This document shows, piece by piece, positions 16,807 through 26,074 of a stretch of 64,000 nucleotides of DNA. Origin of the DNA: Nitrospirota bacterium (GTDB taxonomy: Bacteria; Nitrospirota; UBA9217); assembly GCA_963840455.1 (NCBI GenBank), contig CAWIYV010000010.1, forward strand, positions 382,785 through 446,784, read 5' to 3'. Both the position numbers and the translations under genes were made by a program. Under the pieces are notes generated by a model that did no database searches, was not told the DNA's origin, and was given only the letters and a program-made list of their open reading frames with translations. Position 1 is the stretch's first letter, and each line of letters begins with the position of its first letter.

Positions 16807-19800
16807 CTACCTGAGGTCGTGCAAGCACTTTTTCACCGCATCTGACGCGGTCCGGAGCGACGAGTCCGGCAGCATGATCTGCAGCGCGTGTTCAGGGATG
16901 AGCTTGATCCTTCCCTTGCTCCGCTTGAGCATCGCCACGACCTTGTCCGGCGCGACGGCCGCGTCCGCAGCGAAGGTGATGGTGACCGCATGAGAGCTCC
17001 CGTCGATGCGGCTGACGCGGTAACGTTTTGCGACTATCCTGATCCCCATGATCTCGAGCAGGTTCGACGCCGGCTCGGGCAGCGGGCCGTAGCGGTCCCG
17101 AAGGTCCGTGGCGATCTGCCCCAGCGCCTCTTCGTCCTCAACGCTCGAAAGCTCCTTGTAGGCGGCGAGCCGCAAGCTCATGTCCTGGATGTAGGACTCG
17201 GGCAGGAACGCGGATGCGCGCAGGTTGATCTGCGTGTCCGGTTCAGCTGCGATCTCCTCGCCCCGCAGCTCGGCAACGGCCTCCTCCATCATCTGCGTGT
17301 AGAGGTCGATGCCCACGGCGGCAATGTGGCCTGACTGCTGTTTGCCCAGGAGGTTCCCGGCGCCCCGCGTCTCCAGGTCCTGGGCCGCAATGCGGAACCC
17401 GGCGCCGAGCTCCGACAGCTCCTGGATGGCGCGGAGCCGGATGCGGGCAACGTCGGACAGCGCCTCCTCCGCGGGCGTCAGGAGATAGGCGAAGGCCTTC
17501 TGCCGACTCCGTCCGACACGACCCTTGATCTGGTACAGCTCTGCCAGGCCGAATCGGTCTGCGCGGTTGATGATGATGGTGTTCGCGTTCGGGATGTCGA
17601 TGCCGGATTCGATGATCGTGGTCGTGATGAGCACGTTCAGCTCACCGGCAACGAACTTCGCCATCGCCTCCTCGATCTCGCCCTCCTTCATCTGGCCGTG
17701 GGCTACACCGATCTTCGCCTCAGGCACGAGGCCCTGGACATACGCGGCCATGCGCTCTATGCCGGCGACGCGGTTCTGGACGAAGAAGACCTGACCTCCG
17801 CGCCCGAGCTCGTGCTGGATGGCCTCGCGGATCACGCGCTTCCCGAACCGCGCAAGCACGACCTGGATCGCCTGCCGGTCCAGGGGCGGCGTCTGGATGA
17901 TCGAGAGGTCGCGGATGCCGGCGAGGGACATGTGCAGCGTGCGGGGGATTGGCGTCGCCGTGAGCGTCAGCACGTCCACGAGCTTCTTGAACTCCTTGAT
18001 GCGCTCCTTGTGCTTCACGCCGAAGCGGTGCTCCTCGTCGATGACCAGGAGGCCCAGGTTCCGAAATACGACATCCCGCTGCAGCAGCCGGTGGGTGCCG
18101 ATCACGATGTCCACGGTGCCGCTCTTCATCCCCTTCAGCGTCTCTTTCTGCTCGGTCTTGGTGCGGAACCGGGACATCATCTCCACGCGGATGGAAAAGG
18201 CGGCGAGCCGCTCGGCAAAGGTGCGGCTGTGCTGATCCGCAAGCAGTGTCGTAGGCACGATCACCGCCACCTGGAACCCGTCCTCCACCGCCTTGAAGGA
18301 GGCCCGGAGCGCCACCTCGGTCTTGCCGAACCCCACATCGCCGCAGACGAGCCGGTCCATGGGCTTTTCCTTCTGCATGTCATTGAGCACGTCCTCGATG
18401 GCCTTCTGCTGGTCCGGCGTTTCCTCGAAGGGGAACGCCGCCTCGAACTCCCGATAGAGGTTGTCCGGCGGGCCGAGCGGCGTCCGGTGCATGGCCTCGC
18501 GGGCCGCATAGATCTTGACCAGCTCCTGCGCCATGGCGAGGATGTCCTTCTTCACCCGCTCCTTGGTCCTTGCCCACGTCGTTGCGCCGAGACGGTCCAC
18601 CTTGGGCTGCGCCCCTTCGGCGCCGATGTACTTCTGGACCTTGTCGAGACTGTAGAGCGGAACGTGCAGCTTCGCATCGGGCTCATAGCGGAGTGTCAGG
18701 AAGTCGGTCTCGAACCCGTCCACGCTGATGTGCGAGAGCCCCTGGTACTCGCCGACACCATAGTCCGCGTGGACCACGAAGTCGCCGGGCTTCAGCTCCT
18801 TGAAGGACGAGAGGAACGGCGCGGTCTTCGTTCTCGTGGCACGCGGGCGGTGGACCTTACTGCCGAAGATCTCCTCATCGGTGATCATGATGAGCGAAAG
18901 GTCCTGCCATGCGAACCCCGCGGAGAGCCTGCCGGTCATCACCATGACAGGCCAGGGCCCATCGGCCTCCAGGTCGAGGGATGTCCTTCGGGCCATCGGC
19001 ACGGTGAACTCGGTGAACATCCGCATGAGCCGGTCAGCCGCCTCGTCGGTGCCGCAGACGAGCAGCACACGGTTCTTTTCCCTAAGCTTCTTCAGCTTCT
19101 CCGCGAGGCCGCCAACCGTTCCCTCGGCGTTTTCCGGAACAGACGTCCCGTGGCCAAGGACATGCGTGGACCGGAGCCGCACACCGAGCCAGGCAGCTGA
19201 CTTGGTATCCATGCGAAGACCTTGCGTATCAGCGCCGAGCAGACCAAAGTTTACGACCGGGAACTTCGACAGACCAGCCATGATGCCGCCGTGATCGTGA
19301 TAGAACTCCGCAGTTTCCGGCAGGGTCCTGCCCTCTTCGGTCTCCTCGCGCCTGCCCTGTTCGATCTTCTCGAACCATTCGTCTGCCTGCTTCTTGATGT
19401 CGTCTGGCTCGATCAGCGCGCACAGGGTCTGTTCAGGCAGATAATGGAACAGGTCTTCCATGGTATAGAAGAAGGGTGCAAGGAACTCGGCGCCAGGAAG
19501 GGTACCCTGCCTGATCTGACCGACTATATCGTTATTGTTTTTTTCTTCTTCTAAGCCGCGCTCATCCGTGGTTACTTCCAACCGCTTCTCAAGCCGCGCG
19601 ATGCCCCCATCGGTCACAATCAGCTCACGCACCGGCAGGGCGACCGCCTGCTTGATCTCTTCAAGAGAACGCTGGGTCTCCAGGTCGAAGGTCCGAAGGG
19701 AATCGATGGTGTCGCCGAAGAACTCCACGCGGATGGGTGTGTCATGGGCCGGAGAGAAGAAATCGATGATGCCGCCGCGCCTGCTGAACTCGCCGATGCG

Positions 19801-20319
19801 GGTAACTGTGGGTGAATGCTCGTAGCCGCTTGCTGCCAGAGCGCTACTCAGGCCGTCAGGGTCCAGCTGCTGGTCTGTCGAGATGGTCTTGACCGAATCA
19901 GCGAAAAGATCCCAGGGCATGAGCTTCTGGATCAAAGATGCCACAGGGGCAAGATAGATGCAGCTCGTGCCGGAAACAAGATGATAGAGGAACCGCATCC
20001 GCTCGCCGACCGTGCTGCTGTCCGGCGAGTCAGCTTCAAAAGGCAGGACGCCCCAGGCAGGAAAGGTCAGGACGTCCGGTTTGGATGATGTCCCTTCGGG
20101 ATGGGGAAGAGTTTCTGCAAAGAACCGGAGGTCATCGGCAAGAGCCGATGATTCTTCTTCGTTCGCGGTAATGATCAGCAGCGGCCTTCCGCTCTCGCGG
20201 AAAAGCTGAAACAAAAAAAGGCCCCGCGAACCGCCCCAGAGTTCGGATATCTCTATGTTTGATGCACCTGATCGGAGCTTTTCGAGCGGCAGACGAAGTA
20301 TATCGTGAAGCTGTTTCAT
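16807..20319 (-). CDS. mfd: transcription-repair coupling factor
   Basis: 1170 aa. UvrB-homology N-terminus, RNAP-interaction domain, DEAD/DEAH helicase motifs (GDVGFGKTEVALRA, DEEHRFG) and TRCF C-terminal domain. Confidence 0.92.
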   Translation of the reverse strand: MKQLHDILRLPLEKLRSGASNIEISELWGGSRGLFLFQLFRESGRPLLIITANEEESSALADDLRFFAETLPHPEGTSSKPDVLTFPAWGVLPFEADSPDSSTVGERMRFLYHLVSGTSCIYLAPVASLIQKLMPWDLFADSVKTISTDQQLDPDGLSSALAASGYEHSPTVTRIGEFSRRGGIIDFFSPAHDTPIRVEFFGDTIDSLRTFDLETQRSLEEIKQAVALPVRELIVTDGGIARLEKRLEVTTDERGLEEEKNNNDIVGQIRQGTLPGAEFLAPFFYTMEDLFHYLPEQTLCALIEPDDIKKQADEWFEKIEQGRREETEEGRTLPETAEFYHDHGGIMAGLSKFPVVNFGLLGADTQGLRMDTKSAAWLGVRLRSTHVLGHGTSVPENAEGTVGGLAEKLKKLREKNRVLLVCGTDEAADRLMRMFTEFTVPMARRTSLDLEADGPWPVMVMTGRLSAGFAWQDLSLIMITDEEIFGSKVHRPRATRTKTAPFLSSFKELKPGDFVVHADYGVGEYQGLSHISVDGFETDFLTLRYEPDAKLHVPLYSLDKVQKYIGAEGAQPKVDRLGATTWARTKERVKKDILAMAQELVKIYAAREAMHRTPLGPPDNLYREFEAAFPFEETPDQQKAIEDVLNDMQKEKPMDRLVCGDVGFGKTEVALRASFKAVEDGFQVAVIVPTTLLADQHSRTFAERLAAFSIRVEMMSRFRTKTEQKETLKGMKSGTVDIVIGTHRLLQRDVVFRNLGLLVIDEEHRFGVKHKERIKEFKKLVDVLTLTATPIPRTLHMSLAGIRDLSIIQTPPLDRQAIQVVLARFGKRVIREAIQHELGRGGQVFFVQNRVAGIERMAAYVQGLVPEAKIGVAHGQMKEGEIEEAMAKFVAGELNVLITTTIIESGIDIPNANTIIINRADRFGLAELYQIKGRVGRSRQKAFAYLLTPAEEALSDVARIRLRAIQELSELGAGFRIAAQDLETRGAGNLLGKQQSGHIAAVGIDLYTQMMEEAVAELRGEEIAAEPDTQINLRASAFLPESYIQDMSLRLAAYKELSSVEDEEALGQIATDLRDRYGPLPEPASNLLEIMGIRIVAKRYRVSRIDGSSHAVTITFAADAAVAPDKVVAMLKRSKGRIKLIPEHALQIMLPDSSLRTASDAVKKCLHDLR

Positions 20320-20414
20320 TCCGGAAGAACTATAACACGGCGGGATGGGCTATGCAACACGTGGTACTGCAAGTTCGAAGTGGTTCGAGATAAAAAATAG
20401 GAACTGTACTTAAC

Positions 20415-20450
20415 AAAAAAGGCGGCGGGGATGTTCCCCGCCGCCTTTCC
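20415..20450 (-). terminator. rho-independent terminator (bidirectional-looking) after the small membrane protein genes
   Basis: aaaaaa-ggcggcgggga-tgtt-ccccgccgcc-ttt. On the minus strand the stem is followed by a U-tract. Confidence 0.65.
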
Positions 20451-20496
20451 ATTGTCTTCCTATCTTCCGACTTCTTGCTTCTGGCTCCTGCTTTTC

Positions 20497-20811
20497 CTAT
20501 GCCTTCGCCGAAGCCTTCGCTTCCTTCATCACCTTCGGGGCCGATACCACGAAGCCCAGCGCTGTCCCGATCAGACCGCCCGTGATGATGTGCACCGTGG
20601 CCGAAGCCGCGATTCCAACGCCGATGCCGACCACGATGGCCGCCCGCACGAAGAGGGTCGGCTCAACCGTCCCGCCCATCAGCTTCTGCAGGATGAACAG
20701 GGTCCCGTAGCTCCCGAAGTAGAAGCCCGCCATCACCCCGAATACCAGGAACAGAATGCCGCCAACCACCGCTCCGATCTTCATGCCCGTCTTTACTGTT
20801 TCGTTCTTCAT
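20497..20811 (-). CDS. small glycine-rich membrane protein (paralog 1)
   Basis: 104 aa, MKNETVKTGMKIGAVVGGILF..., two or three TM segments with GxxxG-like repeats. Paralogous to 20892..21209. Confidence 0.6.
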   Translation of the reverse strand: MKNETVKTGMKIGAVVGGILFLVFGVMAGFYFGSYGTLFILQKLMGGTVEPTLFVRAAIVVGIGVGIAASATVHIITGGLIGTALGFVVSAPKVMKEAKASAKA

Positions 20812-20891
20812 TGCCGTATCTCCTTTTCTAAGGTTTTATAGTATCATTCTCGCTTCTTGTTTGCTGTTGTCTTTCCTCTGACTCCTGACTT

Positions 20892-21209
20892 TTACTTATG
20901 CGCCGCCGCTTCCTTCTGGTCTTCCCGCGCTGCCGAACCCTCAAGCAGCCTGCCTGCCAGCCAGCCCACCGTGGTGGTCGCTGTCACGATCACGATGCCC
21001 GAGACCAGCACGCCCACCAGCATGGACACCAGCACGATGGCCCGGGAGATGAGGCCCGGCTCGAGCGGAAGTCCGAACATCCAGCCGGCGATATTGATGC
21101 CCATGGCGCCGCCCAGAAGGCTGCCCGGGAGAAGTCCGAAGATGGCGAAGAGCACCAGTCCTGCTCCTGCTCCAATGTAAGCACCTTTTTTTGCGATTGA
21201 GTTCTTCAT
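20892..21209 (-). CDS. small glycine-rich membrane protein (paralog 2)
   Basis: 105 aa, MKNSIAKKGAYIGAGAGLVLF.... Shares pattern with paralog 1 (MKN..K.G..IGA..G..LF..FG...EP.L..RA.V.V...VG). Confidence 0.6.
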   Translation of the reverse strand: MKNSIAKKGAYIGAGAGLVLFAIFGLLPGSLLGGAMGINIAGWMFGLPLEPGLISRAIVLVSMLVGVLVSGIVIVTATTTVGWLAGRLLEGSAAREDQKEAAAHK

Positions 21210-21444
21210 GTTCGTTACCTCCTTTTTTCGTTCGCTTCTGCCCTATATATTGCAGACCTTATGCCAAAATGTAAGTGCCTGAAAATATAGAATACACCCT
21301 CCTATTCTTCTTTGCAATGTTGAGAATGACCGCTGTTTTTTGGAGGGAATGCAAATAACCTTGTCTTTCAGAGAGCGGGCCTTACCTATCTATATATATG
21401 AAACTGACCGGCTGGACAGTGGACCGACCGGGGTCGGGTCCACC

Positions 21445-21474
21445 GGGCATCATGGTCTGATAATGCCCGTTTTT
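21445..21474 (+). terminator. terminator-like hairpin just upstream of the rpmH promoter
   Basis: gggcat-(12 nt loop)-atgccc followed by gttttt. Confidence 0.35.
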
Positions 21475-21477
21475 CCC

Positions 21478-21505
21478 TTGACTTATTTATGGTTTCGATT
21501 ATAAT
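21478..21505 (+). promoter_or_regulatory. near-consensus sigma70 promoter of the rpmH operon
   Basis: TTGACT (21478-21483), a 16-nt spacer, then TATAAT (21500-21505). Lies 35 nt upstream of the rpmH ATG. Confidence 0.55.
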
Positions 21506-21539
21506 ACGCCCCTATCCAAAATCTTCAAGGAGCAGGGAA

Positions 21540-21677
21540 ATGTCTGAAACTACAGCACAAAAAAGCAATCTCAAGCAAAAGCGCCTGCAGGGTTTCCGCA
21601 AGCGGATGAGCACTGCCGGTGGCAGGAAGGCCATCAGCCGCCGGAGAGCCAAGGGAAGAGCGCGCCTCTCCGTCTAA
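21540..21677 (+). CDS. rpmH: 50S ribosomal protein L34
   Basis: 45 aa ending ...[43 protein letters not shown] 7 nt upstream of the ATG at 21540. Confidence 0.9.
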   Translation: MSETTAQKSNLKQKRLQGFRKRMSTAGGRKAISRRRAKGRARLSV

Positions 21678-21696
21678 CCGGGCAACGCATTCTCCC

Positions 21697-22065
21697 ATGC
21701 CGTACGCATACCGCAAAAGCGAGCGCATACGGAAGAACACAGAGTTCGTAGCGACGATGAAGGGGAAAAGGCTGTCAACTGACGGTCTTTCTCTTTTTTA
21801 TAGGAAGAACGACACGGGTAATTTCCGCGTCGGCATTTCGGTCAGCAAGAAGCTGGCGAACGCGGTCAGGCGGAACCGGCTCCGGCGGCAGATCAGAAGC
21901 TGCATTACGAAGGCCCTCGGCCGGATCGCAGCAGGGTATGACCTGGTCTTCATGGCCCGGCAGGGTCTTGCGGACCGCGAGTTCGATCAGATCCTGAAGG
22001 CCGTCACGCAGGTCCTCCAGAGATCCGCCATCATCGGCTCGAAAGCAGAAGGCGGCCAGCAGTGA
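21697..22065 (+). CDS. rnpA: ribonuclease P protein component
   Basis: MPYAYRKSERIRKNTEF...RNRLRRQIR, basic RnpA-like, directly after rpmH. The track ORF start at 21619 overlaps rpmH. Confidence 0.85.
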   Translation: MPYAYRKSERIRKNTEFVATMKGKRLSTDGLSLFYRKNDTGNFRVGISVSKKLANAVRRNRLRRQIRSCITKALGRIAAGYDLVFMARQGLADREFDQILKAVTQVLQRSAIIGSKAEGGQQ

Positions 22066-22271
22066 AGACGCTCATACTCTTTTTCCTCCGGCTGTATAAG
22101 CGGTACGTCTCCCCCCTGTTTCCGCCGGCCTGCCGTTTCGTCCCTACCTGTTCCGAATACGCCATCGAAGCATTCGAGAAGAAGAAGACCCTCACCGCCA
22201 TCGGAATGACGGTGGTGCGCATCGCCAAATGTCATCCCTTCCATCCCGGCGGTTACGACCCGGTGAAATGA
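22062..22271 (+). CDS. yidD: membrane protein insertion efficiency factor YidD
   Basis: 69 aa with YVSPLFPPACRFVPTCSEYA...KCHPFHPGGYDPV. GTG start overlapping the rnpA stop. Confidence 0.85.
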   Translation: MKTLILFFLRLYKRYVSPLFPPACRFVPTCSEYAIEAFEKKKTLTAIGMTVVRIAKCHPFHPGGYDPVK

Positions 22272-22283
22272 TTCGGAGGATCC

Positions 22284-23951
22284 ATGGAAACTCGTAGGTA
22301 TATCTTGGCCATCGGCCTGTCAATGCTCGTCCTGGTCGTCTATCTTCGCTTCTTCGGGCCCTCGCCCGTCGAGCAGGCGCCTCCGCAGCCGCAGACCGCG
22401 CAAAGCGAGGCCGCTGCGGAGAAGGCCCCGGCGCCCAAGCCGCAGCCGGCGGTAGTGGCCAAGTCCATAGCCGTGGCAGCCAGGGGCAGGGACATCGTCA
22501 TCGAGACCGACGTGGTCAAGGCCGTCGTGAACACCGCGGGCGGGGTAATCACGAAATGGGAACTTAAGAACTACCTTGAGGCCGACAAGGAAGAGGTCGG
22601 CTTCATGGTCCTCATGAAGAGGATCTTCGGCGGCGAGAAGAAGGTAGAAAAGCCGAAGCGAGCCCTCGGGAACGTCGAGCTCTTCACACGGTATGAAGGC
22701 GTGAAGCCGGAGGACCTGGTCGCGCCGCTCACGGTGACGCCCGTCGAGAAGGAGCTGCGGAACCTGACTGCCGTGGAGTTCCGGCCGAACGTGGACAGCA
22801 TCCGCCTGGACAAGGACCGGAAGTCCCAGACCCTCGTCCTTACCTACACAGGGCCGGCCGGAATCGCGGTCGAGAAAAAGCTTACGTTCTACCATGATGA
22901 GTACAAGGTGGACGTGGCGATCAGTACCAAGGGCCTCGATGGTTATGCTTTGGCGCTCGGCACTGACTTCGGACTGTCGGACAAGACCAGCTCGAACGCC
23001 AGCGGTCGTGTGGGCGTCGCGGCGCTCGTGGACGGGAAGACCGTGATAGAAAAGACCGACAGCATCAAGGTGGAGCTGCAGCAGGCCGGAACGATCGGCT
23101 GGTTCGGGCAGGAGGACAAGTACTTCACGGCAGCGCTGCTCTACGGCGGACCGGGGATCATCACGACGAAGAAGACCGCTGCGCCGAAGGAGATCGGCGA
23201 CCTGCTGAGCACCGAGCTTCTGGTCAAGGACAAGCCGGAATCGCGCACGCTCACGCTCTACGCCGGCCCCAAGAGCCTCCACCTCCTCCAGGCCTACGGC
23301 AAAGGCCTCGAGCAGATGGTCGACTACGGGTGGTTCGGCATCCTGGCCAAGCCCATGTTCTGGCTCATGGAGCAGTTCTTCTACATCACGAGGAATTACG
23401 GCATCGCTATCATCCTCCTCACCATCGTGGTGCGCATCCTGCTCTTCTACCCCTCCCTTAAGAGCGCCACGGCCATGGAGGAGATGAAGGCGCTCCAGCC
23501 GCAGATGACCGCGCTTAGGGAGAAGTACAAGAAGGACCCGCAAAAGCTGAACGCGGAAATGATGCGGCTCTACAAGGAGCACAAGGTGAACCCGCTTGGC
23601 GGCTGCCTCCCCATGCTCTTGCAGCTGCCGTTCTTCGTGGCCCTCTACAACGTGCTGAGCGTGTCCATCGAGCTGCGGCAGGCCTCGTTCATCCCCTTCT
23701 GGATCAAGGACCTCTCGGTCCACGACCCCTTCTACATCCTGCCGGTGCTCATGGGCGTCAGCATGGTCTTTACCATGAAGATGACCTCCACCTCCGTGGA
23801 CCCGCAGCAGCAGAAGATGATGATGTACATGAACCTCGCCTTTATCTTCCTGTTCGCCTGGCTGCCGGCCGGGCTTCTGCTCTACATCACGCTGTCCAAC
23901 GTGCTGTCCATCGTGCAGCAGCTGTACGTGAGGAAGCTCCTGGCGAAGTAG
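22284..23951 (+). CDS. yidC: membrane protein insertase YidC
   Basis: 555 aa. Large periplasmic domain then the conserved C-terminal five-TM core (PMFWLMEQFF...LPFFVALYNVL...). Confidence 0.92.
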   Translation: METRRYILAIGLSMLVLVVYLRFFGPSPVEQAPPQPQTAQSEAAAEKAPAPKPQPAVVAKSIAVAARGRDIVIETDVVKAVVNTAGGVITKWELKNYLEADKEEVGFMVLMKRIFGGEKKVEKPKRALGNVELFTRYEGVKPEDLVAPLTVTPVEKELRNLTAVEFRPNVDSIRLDKDRKSQTLVLTYTGPAGIAVEKKLTFYHDEYKVDVAISTKGLDGYALALGTDFGLSDKTSSNASGRVGVAALVDGKTVIEKTDSIKVELQQAGTIGWFGQEDKYFTAALLYGGPGIITTKKTAAPKEIGDLLSTELLVKDKPESRTLTLYAGPKSLHLLQAYGKGLEQMVDYGWFGILAKPMFWLMEQFFYITRNYGIAIILLTIVVRILLFYPSLKSATAMEEMKALQPQMTALREKYKKDPQKLNAEMMRLYKEHKVNPLGGCLPMLLQLPFFVALYNVLSVSIELRQASFIPFWIKDLSVHDPFYILPVLMGVSMVFTMKMTSTSVDPQQQKMMMYMNLAFIFLFAWLPAGLLLYITLSNVLSIVQQLYVRKLLAK

Positions 23952-23981
23952 GCTGAGACTCTAAGCCTGAGACAAAAGCAG

Positions 23982-24018
23982 AGGCCTCCGGGGAAAAATC
24001 CGGAGGCCTTTTTTTTTG
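23982..24018 (+). terminator. rho-independent terminator after yidC
   Basis: aggcctccgg-ggaaaaat-ccggaggcct followed by ttttttttt. Confidence 0.75.
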
Positions 24019-24429
24019 AAGTTCCAGATCATTTTTTTGGGCAGGCCGGTGCAGGGGTGAGTCAAAATCTAATGCCGATCGCTCGTTCGAGTTTGGGGTT
24101 AGCTGTGCGAAAATCCAGGCAGGCGACCGAGTTCGAGGGTTAAACAATTCGGATGTCTGAGCCCGTAGGGCGAATTTCCGAAATGTAGCGAGGACGACCG
24201 AACATCCGTGAAGGATTTTTTTACTGGGTACCCTTCTGTGGAGGTCCTTAGCCGAGTCGGAGGCTCTCAAGACAGCGACCTCACGCGGCTGACGCATCCC
24301 CGGGCTCAGCCCGGGATCACCTGTCGCAGGGATTGGGTCACTTTCTCGGGCACGCAAGAAAGGTGATAAAGGGCGGTGGCCGAGATGCCGGAAAATATTC
24401 TCATGGCTGTGGTTTTCATCGACTTTCCG

Positions 24430-25086
24430 CTATTTCTTCTCTCCCCGCACCACCACGAACGACCCCTTGCCGTGCCCTTCCTTCACCGGCTCGACCTCGA
24501 CCATCTCCGACAGCGGGCGGAACAGGGTCTGGCGGAATGCAAGCTTATCGCAGCCGGCAAGCTGAATATGCGTAACGATATCATCTGCTGAATAGAACGT
24601 GGCATGCTGGTAGAACTCGCTCTTGTCCTTTCTCGTGTGGTATTCCCTTCCCAAAGGGCTGTCCCGGTCCACGAAGCCGATCACGAGCGAACCGCCCGGC
24701 TTGAGAACCCGATGGGCCTCACGGAATGCCATTTCCATGTCGTCGAGGAAGCAGACTGTGGTGACCATGAGCACGAAGTCGAACTCTCCGTCCTTGAACG
24801 GAAGATGCTCGGCGACACCGTAAATGACCTCGATGCCCTTTTTCCTCGCCAGCTCTGCCATGGACCGCGAAGGCTCGATCCCCTTGGTGATGCCCAGCGG
24901 CGCGGCGAACCGGCCGGTGCCAATGCCGAGCTCGATCCCATTGCCCTTCGCGGGCAGCAGCTCGCGAACGGCGCGAAGCTCGGAAACGTAGGCCAGCGGG
25001 TTGTCCACGAACCACTGTTCATACTGGTCCACATTCTTGTCAAAGGTGTTCACGCCGGGCATAGCGTATCGCTCGTTGAAGCTCAC
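24430..25086 (-). CDS. class I SAM-dependent methyltransferase (Methyltransf_11-like)
   Basis: 218 aa. Motif I ILELGIGTGRFAAPLG, acidic motif DFVLMV, and LKPGGSLVIG. Confidence 0.75.
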   Translation of the reverse strand: MSFNERYAMPGVNTFDKNVDQYEQWFVDNPLAYVSELRAVRELLPAKGNGIELGIGTGRFAAPLGITKGIEPSRSMAELARKKGIEVIYGVAEHLPFKDGEFDFVLMVTTVCFLDDMEMAFREAHRVLKPGGSLVIGFVDRDSPLGREYHTRKDKSEFYQHATFYSADDIVTHIQLAGCDKLAFRQTLFRPLSEMVEVEPVKEGHGKGSFVVVRGEKK

Positions 25087-25254
25087 TGCAGCAAGCTGCA
25101 GGAAATCTTCGATCCTTAAGGTAGTCTGTTTATCCTGATTGCTCGCTGACCCCGCAGCACGCCGCAGGGAATGTGCTCGCTCCTGAAATCATAAAGCAAC
25201 CGCGCTTTTTAAAAATGGGTCATTTGGTGAACGGGGTTCTTTTCCCATGGCCGG

Positions 25255-26022
25255 TCAGATTGTCAATATCTTCGATACGGCATAGCGGCTTGCGACGCAA
25301 AGGGAAAGGCCCGGCCCGTGCACTTCACGGTGTGTCCTGAGCGCGAGATCGGGGCTGTTGTTCTCTTCCGACAGATGGGCCAGGCATGCCCACCGGAGCC
25401 GGTCGCCCGCGGCGCCGGCCAGGAGCTCGGCAGCTTCGAGGTTCGAGATATGCCCGCCGGGTCCTTTGATGCGGGCCTTGAGGAAGCGGGGATAGGGGCC
25501 GTTCGCGAGCATCTCCGGGTCATAGTTGCTTTCCAGAAGGACCGCGTCAAGGGTGGCGATGGTCCTGCCGAGGTCCTGGAACACATGGCCCAGATCGGTC
25601 AGGATCCCGAGGCGGTGCGTGCCGTCGTCGACGACGAAGACGACGCCGTCCTCGCCGTCGTGCGGCGTCGGGATTGTGTGCACGGACACATGGCCGATGC
25701 GGATGCTGCTTCCGCTTCGGAAGTGACGGACATCCTTCAGCTTTCCCAGTGAACAGCGCATCTGGGCCGCCGAAAGACAGCGCGGCGTTACATAGAGAGG
25801 GATGCCGAACTTCCGCTGGAACACACCTGCGGAGCTGATGTGGTCGGAATGGTTGTGCGATATAATGAGCGCGTCAACAGCGCGGATATCCCTGCCGTGG
25901 ACGGCGAGCCGCTCCTCGGCGCAGGAGCCGCTGATCCCGGCGTCGAACAGGAGCTTCCGTCCGCCTGCCTCGACGTAGATGCAGTTCCCGTTGCTTCCGG
26001 ACTGGAGCGATATCACCTGCAT
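25255..26022 (-). CDS. MBL-fold metallo-hydrolase
   Basis: HNHSDH (HxHxDH) motif with downstream His/Asp ligands. Start taken at MQVISLQSGSNGNC (ATG 26022); the longer track ORF to 26265 is probably noncoding. Confidence 0.72.
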   Translation of the reverse strand: MQVISLQSGSNGNCIYVEAGGRKLLFDAGISGSCAEERLAVHGRDIRAVDALIISHNHSDHISSAGVFQRKFGIPLYVTPRCLSAAQMRCSLGKLKDVRHFRSGSSIRIGHVSVHTIPTPHDGEDGVVFVVDDGTHRLGILTDLGHVFQDLGRTIATLDAVLLESNYDPEMLANGPYPRFLKARIKGPGGHISNLEAAELLAGAAGDRLRWACLAHLSEENNSPDLALRTHREVHGPGLSLCVASRYAVSKILTI

Positions 26023-26074
26023 GGTCGTACCGATGTGCGGAAAACGCTGCTGTTCAGCGGGCAGGAAGGAAGGT

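Noticed and set aside
17698-19200. 500-aa plus-strand ORF
   Set aside because: Entirely antisense to mfd. Arg/Leu/Gly-rich junk with no domain-like pattern.
20877-20890. Exact 14-mer tctgactcctgact shared with 42314..42327
   Set aside because: About ten or more exact 14-mer coincidences are expected by chance in 64 kb when both strands are considered. Not significant on its own, and reported only as part of the weak GGA-motif lead.
22320-23723. 467-aa minus-strand ORF
   Set aside because: Antisense to yidC. Composition and lack of any motif indicate an artefact.
23887-24357. 156-aa minus-strand ORF in the yidC downstream spacer
   Set aside because: Protein-unlike composition, overlaps the yidC terminator, no RBS. 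The region is treated instead as possible ncRNA.
24019-24429. Possibility that the spacer encodes RNase P RNA, tmRNA, SRP RNA or 6S RNA
   Set aside because: None of the universally conserved cores are visible on either strand: GGAAAGUCCGGGCUCC for RNase P, the GGGGxxGAxxGGxUUCGAC / UUCGAxUCCC ends of tmRNA, or SRP domain IV. Left as an unassigned candidate only.
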